From NCBI GenBank assembly GCA_025786725.1, contig JAHLTZ010000014.1, positions 434,001 through 498,000 on the forward strand: a stretch of 64,000 nucleotides of DNA. The letters run 5' to 3'. The translations under genes were made by a program, and so were the position numbers. The DNA comes from Syncephalis fuscata S228. Lineage: Eukaryota; Fungi; Zoopagomycota. A model generated the notes under the pieces. That model did no database searches, had not been told where the DNA came from, and saw nothing but the letters and a program-made list of their open reading frames with translations. Position 1 is the stretch's first letter. Each line of letters begins with the position of its first letter. Below are positions 62,344-64,000 of the stretch, one piece after another.

Positions 62344-62987
62344 ATAAAACTTGACTAATACCAATAAGATGGTATTAATGCAAAAACCCATACTTTATTA
62401 GATAGTAGACAGCCATTTATACTAGGTGTATGTTACCCATATAATTAATAATGGGAATTCGTATACCTTTTAAAGCTCAGTGGCCAGTGAGTCTGAAAAT
62501 TCAATTTAGCTCATGACAATATTACAATTAGTTACATTCGATAAAACTACACTTTATTCATTTAAGCAATAATACCAACCGTTTACTTGGTTAATTGCCT
62601 TATTTAATTATGTTACCATTATTGCACTAATAACGTGTGTTATTTGTTATCCAACTTTTTAGCTTTTAATTTGAAAAACTGATGGACCCTGACATTTATT
62701 CATTAGATTGAATGGCATTTCTAACTACATAGCATGTTATGTGGAATGCCACAATATTATACAGTTTATTAAACATTTAATATAATTTGGTGTACAATAG
62801 CTATATTTAATAATATTTGTTTAATTAAACTAAATAATCGCTCTATTAAAGGTGGAGCTGGATGGTAAATAACAGCAGATCAAAATAATCATCTATAGAT
62901 TTATAATCACCACTATAATACTACATGTATATATATCCTTTATCCATACATATCATTAACAACAACAACGACGTTCTATTCGCTATA
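62344..62987 (+). repeat. Dispersed repeat family B, copy 2
   Basis: Near-identical to 41967-42621. Confidence 0.95.
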
Positions 62988-64000
62988 ATCTTTAATGTAT
63001 TTCATTTATTGAGTTCTATACACAACATCAATTCAATACAGCTATTTATAAACTTTTCATTGTTTGTCTATTGTAACGTGTATCAGTTTATTGTTCATGC
63101 ACAAATATTAGCTCAACACAACGATCCTGAACTCCGCCTTCAACAAAAGGAAGGCCTATGCGTTACTTTAGCTATTCACTGTCATCCACGATCTTTTACT
63201 ATTCTTTTGGAATCATCTTTTCCACTAACTATCCAACCTTGTTTATTACTGTCAATCTGTATTGGTAGTAGCAGTAACAGTTGTACTAGTAGTACTAGCA
63301 GTATAATAGTAGAAAATAGTAAAAAAGTAAGCACACCACCTTCTTGGTGCTTGTATATGGTGGATGAGTGGTTGTCTTTGCGTTACACTCGACTTGCTTT
63401 TTGACGCCTTGTTCTATCGCGTCTTCATCGTTATTCCATTCAGTTGATTGCTTGATTGTTCTGCTGTCTGTTTGATGTAAGTAATCTAAAGAGTATAAAT
63501 AGCCAATACTGACTTTGAACAAAACATAGTACTTGCCAATTACTCATCGCTTTTAATCGCTTGGCGGCTACATCCGGCTATTGACGCCACCTTGACGCCC
63601 TCTCTCCCTTCCCCTCTGATCCCTCTCTACTCTGTTGCACGTATACTATTCTTTCTGTGACCAGAGAAAACAGCACTGTAATCAGGAGTGGTAGTGGCGT
63701 TTGGTACGGCTGACGCTTATCGTAACATTGCTGCTGATAACTAACGGTGGCGTCATTTACCGTTACGAGTGGGGCGCGGGGGCGCACGTCCGCAATAATC
63801 AATAACAGTGATAGTAGCGGCAGCCATAGCCACCAACGGGCGGCAGCTGTAGCAATATCTAATCCAGGTTCAGCTTTTGCCCTGGATTCTTATATCGACG
63901 CATCATCCATAGCGGCCTCCATACCGCTTTATCTTGGTACTAATCATAATCATAGTCACAGTGTTGGAAGTGGACTACTAGCAAGCAACGCTAGTTTGTT

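Noticed and set aside
63180-64000. Possible spliced minus-strand gene, or the 5'UTR of a gene beyond the window
   Set aside because: Some splice-like signals exist, but no consistent reading frame or homology could be supported.
1-64000. CRISPR arrays, rRNA, tRNA, intact transposase or reverse transcriptase
   Set aside because: None seen by eye; tRNAscan-SE and Infernal would be needed to exclude small RNA genes.

Overview
Eukaryotic, AT-rich and intron-dense window. Introns are mostly about 50-80 nt with GTAAGT-type donors, CTAAC/CTAAT branch points and YAG acceptors, read in the standard code. Gene content and architecture suggest an early-diverging fungus, possibly Zoopagomycota-like (inference). 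I assembled about 27 protein-coding loci by hand from the ORF track plus splice signals. They include DeSI/PPPDE, a class I/II aminotransferase, YIP1-domain, PRP38, two GPI-type S/T-rich proteins, a carnitine acyltransferase-like protein, cysteine synthase-like, PMC1 Ca-ATPase, dynactin p62, a peroxisomal carrier, PAP2, BCAT, FMP32/CCDC90, an SDR, HADH, adenosine kinase, Seb1/Nrd1, CNNM/MAM3, Sel1-repeat, mito bL19, an alpha/beta hydrolase, F-box-like, RsfS/ATP25-like and a CCR4-like nuclease. The main signals not visible in the ORF track are: (1) a frameshifted, inactivated C-terminal remnant of a Fanzor/TnpB RNA-guided nuclease at 5374-5582, followed by an intron-like segment and a stem-loop where an omegaRNA would be expected; (2) two young non-coding dispersed repeat families (A, about 1.2 kb, 4 copies; B, about 0.65 kb, 2 copies) without TIRs or TSDs, with B rich in G-U hairpins; (3) five GC-AG introns and 8-12 nt micro-exons; (4) an LRR-less CCR4-like deadenylase carrying PAM2-like motifs; (5) a long Seb1/Nrd1 intron that may support autoregulation. 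All calls come from visual motif recognition; no database search was run.
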